This document shows positions 38,902 to 48,728 of a stretch of DNA of 64,000 nucleotides, in pieces (position 1 is the first letter of the stretch; each line of letters begins with the position of its first letter). The position numbers and the translations under genes are program-made. Origin of the DNA: a virus; the IMG/VR virus record IMGVR_UViG_3300002855_000209, positions 851 through 64,850 of that record; one strand, given 5' to 3'. The notes beneath the pieces were generated by a model. The model ran no database searches and was not told where the DNA came from. It worked only from the letters and a program-made list of their open reading frames with translations.

Positions 38902-39228
38902 TTATTCCTTTGGAATTAATGCTAAAAGTTCGTCTTTTTTAGCGCCTGATTCAAATACAATGCCTTTTTCAGTTAAAACAGCACGAAGCTCATCAACTTT
39001 AAGCCCTGCGTAGTTGATTGGTTGAACTTCATTAGACTTTTGATCACCTTCAGGGTTCTGACTACCTTCACCAGATTCAAGCTCAGCAATACGTGCTTTC
39101 ATTGCCTCAGGATCATTCTGAAAGGCAATAAACTCACCTTTCAGTGTTGCCAGTTGTTCTGCGATTTCAGTTACTTTTGCTTGTGTCATTTGACGTTCTC
39201 TCATGCGGTTAAATGCGGATAGGCCCAT
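38902..39228 (-). CDS. Phage protein with C-terminal HeH/LEM-like motif
   Basis: LKVDELRAVLTEKGIVF...AKKDELLALI. Confidence 0.65.
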   Translation of the reverse strand: MGLSAFNRMRERQMTQAKVTEIAEQLATLKGEFIAFQNDPEAMKARIAELESGEGSQNPEGDQKSNEVQPINYAGLKVDELRAVLTEKGIVFESGAKKDELLALIPKE

Positions 39229-39270
39229 TGATTTATCTCCAAAAGAAAAGGCGGATAATTCCGCCCGTCT

Positions 39271-40221
39271 TTATTTAACTTTGTGCTTGAACGCCACAAT
39301 ACGAATCTGCTTTGGATCGTAGACGCGTTCCCAGTTGGTATCAGATGAAAGACCAGCATTGTTCGGTGCAACGCCCATTGCACCAGCCCATTTGATGCCA
39401 CGAGGATGCAAGACAAAGTGACGGCGGTTAATGAGAATGTCAGAACCTGCTAGGCTGTCTCGGTCAGTCTCAACCCCTACAGGAGCACCGATATCCTGAA
39501 AGCCGATAGCGCCTTGCCCGAACAGGAATGATGTGAATACATCACCATCAACTGGCATACCGTCGTCGACAATCACACGGCGATCCATGAAGGTTTTGTA
39601 GAGCACCACGCCATCTGCATCACGTACGGTTTCAATCAAGCCCTGTTTGGCTAGTGCAGCCATGGTTGCTGAATGCATAGCAATAGCCGTTAATTTATCG
39701 ACTGCATCCCCTAGCTTGTATGAGGCATCGATAAATGAAACACCATCAATAACTGCCGCAGCTCCAGTACCAGCAGAGATATCATGTGTATTACTTGCCA
39801 TACTTGTAGAACCAAATACACCTTTAAGCGTATTTACGGTAAATCCTTGAAACTCACGTGCCCAGTAATCTGCAACCAGATCACCCACCGCACCAAGTGG
39901 ATCGTCACCAGATAAAGCTTTTGCAAGATCATTGGCACCCCATGCCTTACCACGTGCATGCAAAATGGCAATATCCTGACCCGCAGCAATGTTGTTTACG
40001 GTTAGAGGCGTCGCATCTGATAGTACTTCAGATTCCCCGTCCAAATCGTTCCAGAACGGGATATTTACGGTTGAACCGCCTTGTGTTCCGAAAGCAACTT
40101 CGACATCCAGCTCACCTACAATGCCCGACTGCCATAAGGCAGATTTCTTGGCAGTTTTATTTAAAACGTACTGAGTGAATAACTCGGGTACGATTACATC
40201 AGCAATTTTTGTCTCAGCCAT
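39271..40221 (-). CDS. Major capsid protein
   Basis: 316 aa directly after scaffold; GGSTVNIPFWNDLDG, HARGKAW. Confidence 0.85.
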   Translation of the reverse strand: MAETKIADVIVPELFTQYVLNKTAKKSALWQSGIVGELDVEVAFGTQGGSTVNIPFWNDLDGESEVLSDATPLTVNNIAAGQDIAILHARGKAWGANDLAKALSGDDPLGAVGDLVADYWAREFQGFTVNTLKGVFGSTSMASNTHDISAGTGAAAVIDGVSFIDASYKLGDAVDKLTAIAMHSATMAALAKQGLIETVRDADGVVLYKTFMDRRVIVDDGMPVDGDVFTSFLFGQGAIGFQDIGAPVGVETDRDSLAGSDILINRRHFVLHPRGIKWAGAMGVAPNNAGLSSDTNWERVYDPKQIRIVAFKHKVK

Positions 40222-40234
40222 TAGGCTTTACTCC

Positions 40235-41032
40235 TTAAAGATTAATACCGTGTTTTGCAGCCAGCTCTTTAGCTAGCTGTGGATTTTCATTTCGTAATTG
40301 GGCAAGTTTGGTCAGGTTCACCGAACCGTCTGGCTTGGTAATATCGACCTGTCCTTTTGTATTGGTACTACCTGGTGAACCTGTTCCATTTGCTTTAGGC
40401 CAGAAATAAGGCTTTTGCTCACGTAAGGTTTCGACCCATTCTTTTGGTGATAACGCCGTCTTACCGTCTTTACCAATGATCACTTCGCCTTGGGTATCGA
40501 CTGCTACGGCCTTGCCGTTTTCATCGAGTACAAATTTAGAATGGGCAAGAAATGCGATATCTGCTGTTGCTTCTGGCAAAGCCTCCAGTTCAAGAGCAGC
40601 TTGTACAATCTGACTCTGAACAACCGACTGCTTGAACTTGTTGGCATAAGCTTCTGCTTTATCAGCTCGTTCTTTTTCGGCATTGAGTAACTTGTCATGC
40701 TGTTCACGCATCTTTTCGGTACGCTTCTGGATGACTTCACTCACCTTACCTTCCGCAATTAATTTTGCATCTTCATCCTGTTCCAGTTGGGCAAACAGTT
40801 TTTTGACTGTTTCAGGATCAATACCTTCATACTGTTTTTGAAGCTTCTGGAGTTCCTGCTTTGCTGTCTTGACGGCATCACGCTCGCTTTGAAGTGCAGT
40901 TTTAAGGCCCTTCGGATCTTCGTAGCCATCCAGATCAAGGCGAAACTTCCCGTCTTCCTCGACATACAGGCTACGATGTTCTTCTTTAACGTCTTCCAGT
41001 GAATCAACAATAAATGGCAGTGACATGTTCAA
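40235..41032 (-). CDS. Capsid scaffolding protein
   Basis: Coiled-coil ORF immediately upstream of capsid. Confidence 0.75.
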   Translation of the reverse strand: MNMSLPFIVDSLEDVKEEHRSLYVEEDGKFRLDLDGYEDPKGLKTALQSERDAVKTAKQELQKLQKQYEGIDPETVKKLFAQLEQDEDAKLIAEGKVSEVIQKRTEKMREQHDKLLNAEKERADKAEAYANKFKQSVVQSQIVQAALELEALPEATADIAFLAHSKFVLDENGKAVAVDTQGEVIIGKDGKTALSPKEWVETLREQKPYFWPKANGTGSPGSTNTKGQVDITKPDGSVNLTKLAQLRNENPQLAKELAAKHGINL

Positions 41033-41110
41033 ACCTCTCGTTTGATTAAGTTGAGCCTTATCTCAAGGCAATAAAAAACCGCCCGAAGGCGGTACGTTGT
41101 AAGAGTGCGA

Positions 41111-41260
41111 TTATTTCAGTGCCAAAATAATCGCGATAACAATGATTCCTAAGGCTAAGCCCAAATTAGTAATTGCCTGCATTAGGCCTGCACGATCAGC
41201 ACCTTTCTCGCTCATTTTTCCATCTACCTTTAACTCAGTTTTTGATGTATGCTTATGCAC
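41111..41260 (-). CDS. 49-aa C-terminal-TM peptide behind conserved leader (unit C)
   Basis: GTG after AAGGAG; VHKHTSKTELKVDGKMSEKGADRAGLMQAITNLGLALGIIVIAIILALK; internal ATG at 41215 is an alternative start. Confidence 0.55.
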   Translation of the reverse strand: MHKHTSKTELKVDGKMSEKGADRAGLMQAITNLGLALGIIVIAIILALK

Positions 41261-41267
41261 AGAGATA

Positions 41268-41332
41268 TTTCTCCTTAACTTTCACCGGTTGAGTTGAATT
41301 AAAAAGCTCATGATTGCCGTCATGGGCTTTTT
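41268..41332 (-). repeat. 65-bp leader repeat, copy C
   Basis: 62/65 identical to 23435-23499. Confidence 0.85.
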
Positions 41333-41413
41333 GCTTTTTTGAACTTCAGGTTTGTTGTGTAATTTCGGGTATAAAAAACCACCCTAGTGTTAAGGTGGTT
41401 TTCATTTACTCAT

Positions 41414-41953
41414 CTAGATTAAAAGAGGTTGTATCTTGAGCTTTAACTCTTCAACTTTATGTTTTGCTTTAGGCTTATATTGCTTACCGACTAAACATAA
41501 GGTTCGACCTGCTTTAGATGCAATATCCGTCAAGTTCTCAAAGTCTAATACCGCTCGATTAAACTGATCTATTAAGCTAAAAGCAGATTGGCGTAATACT
41601 TTTTCACATTGGATAAAGTAACGACGTGCGATTCGCCCCTGATCATTGTTTTCCACCATTGATAGTTCTTTGGCAACATCTAAGGTTAAAAGATAATCCG
41701 TTTGTCTTGCCTTACCTTTTTGGCCATCTTTTCTTTGGGTTTCGGAAATTGCCGAAAGGCAAGCAAAGTCTTCATTTTCAATGAATCCATATGTTTTGAT
41801 TCGCTTCTTTATCCAATCAGCAAAACGATCTCCACTTTTCAGCCATTGATGTAAAGTACGGGCGTCAACACAAGGTTGAACCTCTCCACCAATTGTGGCA
41901 TCCACAACTGGAATTAAAGAATTGTGTAATGTATGGGGTTTATGCATATGCAA
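41414..41953 (-). CDS. AntA/AntB-family antirepressor
   Basis: VDARTLHQWLKSGDRFADWIKKRI..YGF.EN.DF; LTLDVAKELSMVE; RRYFI.CEK. Confidence 0.85.
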   Translation of the reverse strand: MHMHKPHTLHNSLIPVVDATIGGEVQPCVDARTLHQWLKSGDRFADWIKKRIKTYGFIENEDFACLSAISETQRKDGQKGKARQTDYLLTLDVAKELSMVENNDQGRIARRYFIQCEKVLRQSAFSLIDQFNRAVLDFENLTDIASKAGRTLCLVGKQYKPKAKHKVEELKLKIQPLLI

Positions 41954-42188
41954 GTCCTCTTATAAAGAGTTCCGCTACGCTACAAAATCAAGGAAATAAA
42001 ACGAAAAAATAAATTTTATTAGTTAGTTATAAATTAGGAAAAGAGAAACCTACCAAACGAAATGTTTAGTGGATTAAACCAAAGGTTTAATAAAGTAAAC
42101 AAAATGTTTACTTACATAAACCTCTAGACTAATATTTACTAACTAAAGTTAGTAAAGCATGCTTTACTAAAGTTAATTTTTAACCGTT

Positions 42189-42319
42189 TTACATGTTAAG
42201 TATCCTTAATTTGTGCTGGTCAGCAGCGGTTAGAAATTAAGGTCTCTCGTGATTGCAGTTACGAGAAACCACCTGAACCACAAAAAAGATCAAGTATTGC
42301 AGTACTTGGTCTTTTTTTT
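42189..42319 (-). promoter_or_regulatory. Tandem CTGCAA-loop hairpins, RBS and start-stop (ATG-TAA) element
   Basis: Hairpins 42282-42319 and 42241-42270 both with CTGCAA loops; AAGGA RBS then ATG TAA at 42194-42189. Confidence 0.45.
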
Positions 42320-42646
42320 ATCCACAAAGTTAACAAGCTGGTTAAAACAGTTTTCTATATGGAAGAGTTCTGGCTTTTACTTTATAAGAGTTGCACTTAA
42401 ATAACTAGATGTTTACTAAACAACTGCTGTATTTTGTAACATCCCAATTATTCATATATAAATAACTTTGTTATTAAATAAATTATAAAATTCATTATCT
42501 AACTTATAACTTACCTTGTATGAAACTAAAGTCATAATCTAAGTTATAAATTAATAACGCAGTTATTATTCATTTATGAATATTTGATTCTTTATAGAAA
42601 TATTTAATTACAAAATTACCGCCCTTACGAGCGGTAAAAATTAAAA

Positions 42647-43507
42647 TTAAGAATGAATTATTCCTGAGCCAGCACAGTCATTTAGGTCTTTAAATCCCAT
42701 CCCTCCTTTATGCCAGTCATGAGTTTTAGCTAATTCAAATATAGGCATGTAGACGTTTCGCCCTACCAACTGTCTTGCATCTTCAGCACCGAACTTAAAA
42801 TGGTCGTGGATGCCATGTCCCACAGATGGGCCAAGTTTTCGGATAGACTCACCAAACTCAGACCACCAGTGATTAAGCCAAAGCATGTGACGAGCTATAG
42901 AATCCACATGCTTAGACTCATATTGCTGTTTCTTATCTGCTTGGCTGTATAAAACTATTAAGTGATGCACATACTCAACGGCGACTGGAACCACATCGTA
43001 CGAAATTTCGTCGATGCTTTTAACATTGAACCGTTGATGAACTAATTTATATGCTTCGCTATAGTTCAAGTGCTTGGTTTTAGACACAAGCATATTTACT
43101 GCGCTGGTGAGTGGTTCACGTTCTGATTTATGGGTTTTGGCTAAGATTTCTTTTCGGTGAAAGTAGCAATCTTCAAGTTGCTCAAACACTTCCCATGCTT
43201 GATCCGTGTCTAGCATCTTGGCATGACGTGCAGCACCACGTTCTGTCCAGAGTGTTAATGCTCGTGCATTTGGACTGACTATCTTTAAGCTAGTTAGTGC
43301 TTTTTTAAAATTTCTTAATTCTTCACCAACTAATTTAAAAAAATGTTTACCTTCAATAAAACGTTCCAAATTTCTTATGTGGTTTTGTTGGATACGAATA
43401 TTTTCAGTTCCATATAAGTCTGCCAGCATTTCAGTAGTGACCACTGGAATAGCCTTATAGTTAATAACGGAAATTTCTTTATCATTTATATTTGCAATAG
43501 TATTCAT
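42647..43507 (-). CDS. ORF6N-domain antirepressor with P22 Ant-like C-terminus
   Basis: VVTTEMLADLYG, FIEGKHFFKL, LWTERGAARHAKMLDTDQAW ORF6N motifs. Confidence 0.85.
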   Translation of the reverse strand: MNTIANINDKEISVINYKAIPVVTTEMLADLYGTENIRIQQNHIRNLERFIEGKHFFKLVGEELRNFKKALTSLKIVSPNARALTLWTERGAARHAKMLDTDQAWEVFEQLEDCYFHRKEILAKTHKSEREPLTSAVNMLVSKTKHLNYSEAYKLVHQRFNVKSIDEISYDVVPVAVEYVHHLIVLYSQADKKQQYESKHVDSIARHMLWLNHWWSEFGESIRKLGPSVGHGIHDHFKFGAEDARQLVGRNVYMPIFELAKTHDWHKGGMGFKDLNDCAGSGIIHS

Positions 43508-43606
43508 ATATCACCCTACGGATATAAGCCGCCCCTAGTGAGCATGCTTCACATTGCAATAATGTACCTAAATTAAGGTACAAGTCAATATTATTCCTAC
43601 TTATGC

Positions 43607-43870
43607 TTAATTTTTTATTGAATCAAATACCTGTTGCAAGTTTTCAGCATATGCTGCGGTATTTTTACTATTAGAATTTAATAGCTCTATAACTTCAGTC
43701 CACAAACCTTTTGGAATGGGTCTATCACCAGAGAGCCATTGACGAACGCGTCTAGCATCTACATCGATAGCTCTTGCAAAATCAGTCTGCCATTGAGTGC
43801 CATATAGCAACTCACCAGCTTGTCGTAACTGTTCTGGAGTCATATGAGTGCTATCGATTTGTTCAGACAT
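43607..43870 (-). CDS. Small HTH DNA-binding protein
   Basis: WQTDFARAIDVDARRVRQWLSGDRPIP. Confidence 0.7.
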   Translation of the reverse strand: MSEQIDSTHMTPEQLRQAGELLYGTQWQTDFARAIDVDARRVRQWLSGDRPIPKGLWTEVIELLNSNSKNTAAYAENLQQVFDSIKN

Positions 43871-44062
43871 AGTGACGAAAATTCCAAAATATAAACAGGC
43901 TATATAAATATAGGCAAAAACCTATAAATTTATAGCCCATTTTATGCGTAAACGTATAAAAATTAGAGAAAATATACATAAACGTATAAAAAAATTAGGT
44001 AAAGATAGTTTTTTCTTTATTTTTTTAGAAAAAACTTTTATATCCATTTATATTTTGGATAT

Positions 44063-44088
44063 AAAAAAGCAGCCTTAGGCTGCTTTTT
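44063..44088. terminator. Bidirectional intrinsic terminator
   Basis: AAAAAAGCAGCC-TTA-GGCTGCTTTTT. Confidence 0.7.
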
Positions 44089-44106
44089 ACTATCTGGAGT
44101 CAATCA

Positions 44107-44245
44107 CTAGAAACTTTTGGGTTCTTGCCCATCTGTTAAAAAATTAGTTCTCATAACCCCATTTTCTGTATCTGCTTCACACTCTATTTTAGCTGGAACA
44201 TTGGTATACAAAAATACATTTTCCGACTGCTTAAGATACTCAAAA
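44107..44245 (-). pseudogene. Start-less ORF remnant downstream of KAP NTPase
   Basis: Open frame ...EYLKQSENVFLYTNVPAKIECEADTENGVMRTNFLTDGQEPKSF* with no start codon; inferred 3' remnant of a displaced gene. Confidence 0.3.
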
Positions 44246-44246
44246 T

Positions 44247-46085
44247 CTATGTACCATCATATGCTGAAGTACTAATTTCACTAAATAAAGGTAATATTCG
44301 TTGTTCAATTTTTGCTTTCTTTAAGCGCTCAGATTGCGGTAATATTACAATATTTATATTTTCAACAACTTGATCAAGCCAATCTTTTTCTTTTGGATAA
44401 ATAGGGTCTTGCATTATGAGTTGATAACGTTTTCTTAATGCAGGCAAAATACTTGACAGTTCAGATTTAGATAGATTACATAACTCCTCTGAAAATTTTA
44501 GAGGTTCAATTTCTTTTAATACTGGAACGTCATAGAATAAATTATCACTATTATTTGTCAAATTTATTCTATGATAAAACAAGCTAGGATTACTTTTCAT
44601 TAAAGCTACTAACTCATTAGCTTTTTCCTTTAAATTACTGTTATATTTATTCTCATATATAGTATTTATTTCATTTAAAAAATCATTAAAGTAATCAATT
44701 CCTCTTGCGAAATAACTATATCCTGAAGAATGCTCTTTATACTCTATTTCTCTTAAGCTTTTTAAATTATCTACAACGGGAAAAACTTTATCAAATGATC
44801 GCAAAGCATGAGTCTTTAAGACCTCTAAATCAATTTCAATAATAGAAATATTATTAAAATATACTAACATACTAAAAGTATGTATAACATCAGCCCAATT
44901 TTCAAAATTTTCTTGTTCAAGAGCATACTTTGCTTGATCAATTAAGCTATCAAATTCAACCTCTGCCATATCAAAGTAATTCATTAGTTTAAACCAAATT
45001 GGTTTCTCAATTTCAGTTCTAAAGTATCCTTCATTAAGTTCCTTATTTATTAATTCTTTTTCAATGATTCTATTCAATAATATATTAGTCCAATTTTCTT
45101 TACTAAATACCATATCAGTTATAGATAAATTATATTTATTATAAAATTCACTGGCTTCTTTACCATTTATTCCTCTACAACTTGCTGCTATTTTTTTACT
45201 CAATTCGACGTCTTGAAAAAAACTATCATCAGGATTAAAATTTAAAATACCATTTTTAAAAACTCCTCTCTTATTTTCCAATGAAAGAATTAAATATATT
45301 TTAAAAGTTTTTAAAAATACATCATTATAAAATAAATCATTCCTAGTAAAAAAATCCTTACTATAAAAATGTTCAAAACTGTATATAGATTGTTTTAAGC
45401 TTCTTAAATTTTTATATCCTGCAAGTGTAAATAAATTCATAATTTCTTCTTTATTTGACTCAAGCATTGATCTTAGATGATCATCAGCAACTCCTTCTAT
45501 AATAGAATCAATAACAACTAAAGTATCTTCAGTGTATGTAAAAGTGGCATCTATTAGTTTTTCTTTAATTTTTAAATACGCACCTTCTTCGATTTGATTT
45601 TCATCAGCAATTACTACAGTTTTAATACCAATATTTTCGACAAAGTTATTTATGTGACCAAATAATTCTTCTGTATTAATTTTACATCGCTCCATATCAT
45701 CAATAAAAATAATAACAGAGTCCTTAATTCTATAAAATCTCTCAAAATCAAATCCTGTAAGATCTACTTTCATACCTTTTAACAAAGTCCCTATTCCCTT
45801 TGTTAAGAATTTACTAGTTTTACCATTAACAATAGGATATAACTCTGAGTATATTAAACCATCCAGTTGTTCAAAACCTTTAATCCCATTCAGGCTTATA
45901 TAAACAACTTTTTTATTCTCAAGTTTCAATTTTTCAATATATTGATTAACGAACCACGTTTTTCCACACCCCCAAGCTCCATTAATCATAATTGCATAAT
46001 TGAGTTTCTTCTTATCATCATTAAAGTAATAATCCAAATAATCTTCAATATGCTTGTTAGATTCTGATATATATTTAGTTATCAT
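44247..46085 (-). CDS. KAP-family P-loop NTPase
   Basis: YAIMINGAWGCGKT Walker A; IIFIDDMERC Walker B; LKIKEKLI; KNLRSLKQ. Confidence 0.85.
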   Translation of the reverse strand: MITKYISESNKHIEDYLDYYFNDDKKKLNYAIMINGAWGCGKTWFVNQYIEKLKLENKKVVYISLNGIKGFEQLDGLIYSELYPIVNGKTSKFLTKGIGTLLKGMKVDLTGFDFERFYRIKDSVIIFIDDMERCKINTEELFGHINNFVENIGIKTVVIADENQIEEGAYLKIKEKLIDATFTYTEDTLVVIDSIIEGVADDHLRSMLESNKEEIMNLFTLAGYKNLRSLKQSIYSFEHFYSKDFFTRNDLFYNDVFLKTFKIYLILSLENKRGVFKNGILNFNPDDSFFQDVELSKKIAASCRGINGKEASEFYNKYNLSITDMVFSKENWTNILLNRIIEKELINKELNEGYFRTEIEKPIWFKLMNYFDMAEVEFDSLIDQAKYALEQENFENWADVIHTFSMLVYFNNISIIEIDLEVLKTHALRSFDKVFPVVDNLKSLREIEYKEHSSGYSYFARGIDYFNDFLNEINTIYENKYNSNLKEKANELVALMKSNPSLFYHRINLTNNSDNLFYDVPVLKEIEPLKFSEELCNLSKSELSSILPALRKRYQLIMQDPIYPKEKDWLDQVVENINIVILPQSERLKKAKIEQRILPLFSEISTSAYDGT

Positions 46086-46214
46086 TAATAAATTTCCTTA
46101 TCAAATAATATAATTAAATTTCCCCCGCCCTGACACATCATACAAAAAAACTTCAATTTTTCAATACTTAACATCACGATTACTGAACCATTTTAATTAA
46201 TACTTATGTATATT

Positions 46215-47333
46215 CTATTCTTTACTCTTCCTAAAAGGTGGAAACAAAAAAGCCTTCTCATCCAACTTTTTTAACTCATCCAAAGTATAAAAACGCCCCT
46301 CCGGATCAAAGAACTTATCAAAATCAAACTTTCCTTCTTTATAAAGTTTGTACCGCTTTGGTCCTAGCCATTCTTTCTGAAAAAACTCATCTGTTTTCTT
46401 AAAGAACTCTCTGAATGTTGTATTGGCATCCAGTTGGCCGATGAGTTGACTTCGCTCATCTTTCGGAATGTCTTTTACTCGTCGTTCATCCATCACAAAC
46501 GGGCGTTCACCGACTAATTGTCCATCTTTACCAACTCCAACCAGAATACTGCGACAATTCGGGTGCAACGGCGGTACACGTTTTGCTGGATCGTTAATCT
46601 CCCACACAGTGCCATCTAAAGATGCACATAGTTTTGATGTTCTTCCATCCAGCGTTGCAACCAATCGAACATATTCAAAACCAATCTGGTTAAAGCTATT
46701 AAGATAAGCTTGATTCGCGACATGGCTACGTACAGTCCTCACGGTACGATCGATATCAGATTTAGATGTACTTAATAGACCATCCTCAAAATTAAGACGC
46801 TTGGTACCACGAATACGCTGAACAATCTCTTGATTGGTTTTACCTGAGCTAATCCCATCCCGAATGGCATATTCAACCTTTTGGCGGGCGCTTTCAGCTA
46901 TTTTAGAAAGAAGTTCATCAACCAGTGCACCACCAACTAAAGGGATCTTCTTAGCGGCAATAAAAAGCTTTTCACCGTTAGGTTTCTTAATCTTGCCTCC
47001 ATAAAGCTTCGCCGAGTAATTAGCTTCATAAACAGCTAAAGCAGTTGCTGAAACAGCGAATGCTTCAGGTAACGAAGTATTAATTGCCGTAAACCACTGA
47101 GAGATTAAATCCCGAATCTCCTTGAGATTGGTTGTAGTGTAGTGACCGCCTGCAAGTGCCACTTTTTCAGAATCATTTAACTCATCCAGCAAGTCCCGAA
47201 GCTTTGCCAGCATCAAAACCGACTCATTATTAAATATCTTTAGTAACTCATTCACTGAATGAGAAGAAGCCCGATATAAGTACGCCTGGTGTTGTGTAAG
47301 TACTTCGATCAACGTTTTATCTTTTGAAGTCAT
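46215..47333 (-). CDS. Minor head morphogenesis protein (SPP1 gp7/Mu F-like)
   Basis: ATLDGRTSKLC..LDG and PPLHPNCRS motifs; follows portal. Confidence 0.9.
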   Translation of the reverse strand: MTSKDKTLIEVLTQHQAYLYRASSHSVNELLKIFNNESVLMLAKLRDLLDELNDSEKVALAGGHYTTTNLKEIRDLISQWFTAINTSLPEAFAVSATALAVYEANYSAKLYGGKIKKPNGEKLFIAAKKIPLVGGALVDELLSKIAESARQKVEYAIRDGISSGKTNQEIVQRIRGTKRLNFEDGLLSTSKSDIDRTVRTVRSHVANQAYLNSFNQIGFEYVRLVATLDGRTSKLCASLDGTVWEINDPAKRVPPLHPNCRSILVGVGKDGQLVGERPFVMDERRVKDIPKDERSQLIGQLDANTTFREFFKKTDEFFQKEWLGPKRYKLYKEGKFDFDKFFDPEGRFYTLDELKKLDEKAFLFPPFRKSKE

Positions 47334-47342
47334 TTAACACCT

Positions 47343-48689
47343 CTAAAGCGGCATGCTATCTCGCTCACCTTCAACCCGTTTCAACTCTTCCTTGAAATCA
47401 TGAACTGGCAGCTTTCCAGTAGCGATATATTCCCAATACGTCTGGAACGAATTCTTTCCAGCAATAGCACCTTCATAAAGTTGTTTAGCAAGATTGATAT
47501 CGTATTGTTCAACAATAAACTCAGGCTCTACCGTGAATGCATACTTAGATGATTCTAGCTTTAACCACTGGGCTGCATATTTAATGGACTGCTCAATAGC
47601 AGCAGCTGCACACATCACAATGCTATGTAAACTTGCATGCTGATCATCTTGACGTGCACGGCGTGCTTCACCTGATTCCTGTGAATTTGTATCAACCACC
47701 TTTGCGCCTGCTTCTAATGCTGCATTTTTTTGTGCATCCATTTCACTCTTAGTAAGTTCTATGCCATTACCTGAAATTTCTAAGTAACCGCATTGAGATT
47801 CACCAGGAAGGCTCCAGACTGCCATCACACCAGTAACACTAATATCTGGATCATCATCATTGTCGATGCCATTTATCCAAGGTTGCGGATGTGCTGTATG
47901 GTGAAGTGACTGAAAGTAATCCGCACTGAGCTGGTAACTCTTAAGAGCTGTTTTCGCCATAGTCAAAAGCGGAATAGTTCCTACACTAGGGGAATTATCC
48001 GTGGCACCACAAAATACAAATGGTGTGAATGAAAGCTGATTACCTCCAAGATCTGGAGTTTTATCTTCTTCACTAGAGCCATCAAACAAGCGGACAGTTA
48101 AAGCACCTTCCTGCATAGCTAAAACGCGGTGAACCGTTTTAGTATCGTGCCCGAATTCATCTTCGCTATTATCAAATTGCTCCTCGAGCACTAACAGCTT
48201 CAGATCCTTACGGCCACCAATACTGTTTTCCTTCCAGTTAATAATGGATAACGCATCATAGAGCGCGAAGTAAGGCACGCCTTTAGCATCTACATCAACC
48301 AGCAAGCCACAGCGACCATATTCCAGTAATTCTAAGCAAATTCGGATAAAAAGCTGTTTAAGCCCAAATCCGTCATTGGTTGCATTCTCTATAAGCCCTT
48401 TTAATAAAGAACTTTCAATCACGATGTTTGGTTCAAGCTTAGAGACCAGACCAATCATCGTGCGAAGAGAATCTTGAACCCATAATGGATACTGAGCACG
48501 ACTGAGATAAGCTTTATAAATTTCTCCGGTCTTATCTCCCTGCTTCTCTGCTTCGATCATTCCAGCCGACTTAGGAAGATACTTGGTTTGTGCCTGTTTA
48601 ATCTGCTCTTCACCGGCAACGGCGTCGCGCATAATCAACCAGCTTTTTTGTGCAGCACTATACTGCGGATGTTTATCCGTAACTGCCAT
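47343..48689 (-). CDS. Portal protein (DUF4055-like)
   Basis: 448 aa directly after terL; HPQY start; position. Confidence 0.85.
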   Translation of the reverse strand: MAVTDKHPQYSAAQKSWLIMRDAVAGEEQIKQAQTKYLPKSAGMIEAEKQGDKTGEIYKAYLSRAQYPLWVQDSLRTMIGLVSKLEPNIVIESSLLKGLIENATNDGFGLKQLFIRICLELLEYGRCGLLVDVDAKGVPYFALYDALSIINWKENSIGGRKDLKLLVLEEQFDNSEDEFGHDTKTVHRVLAMQEGALTVRLFDGSSEEDKTPDLGGNQLSFTPFVFCGATDNSPSVGTIPLLTMAKTALKSYQLSADYFQSLHHTAHPQPWINGIDNDDDPDISVTGVMAVWSLPGESQCGYLEISGNGIELTKSEMDAQKNAALEAGAKVVDTNSQESGEARRARQDDQHASLHSIVMCAAAAIEQSIKYAAQWLKLESSKYAFTVEPEFIVEQYDINLAKQLYEGAIAGKNSFQTYWEYIATGKLPVHDFKEELKRVEGERDSMPL

Positions 48690-48728
48690 AAAAACACCAA
48701 TAAAAAAGCACCTGTAAGGGTGCGTTGT

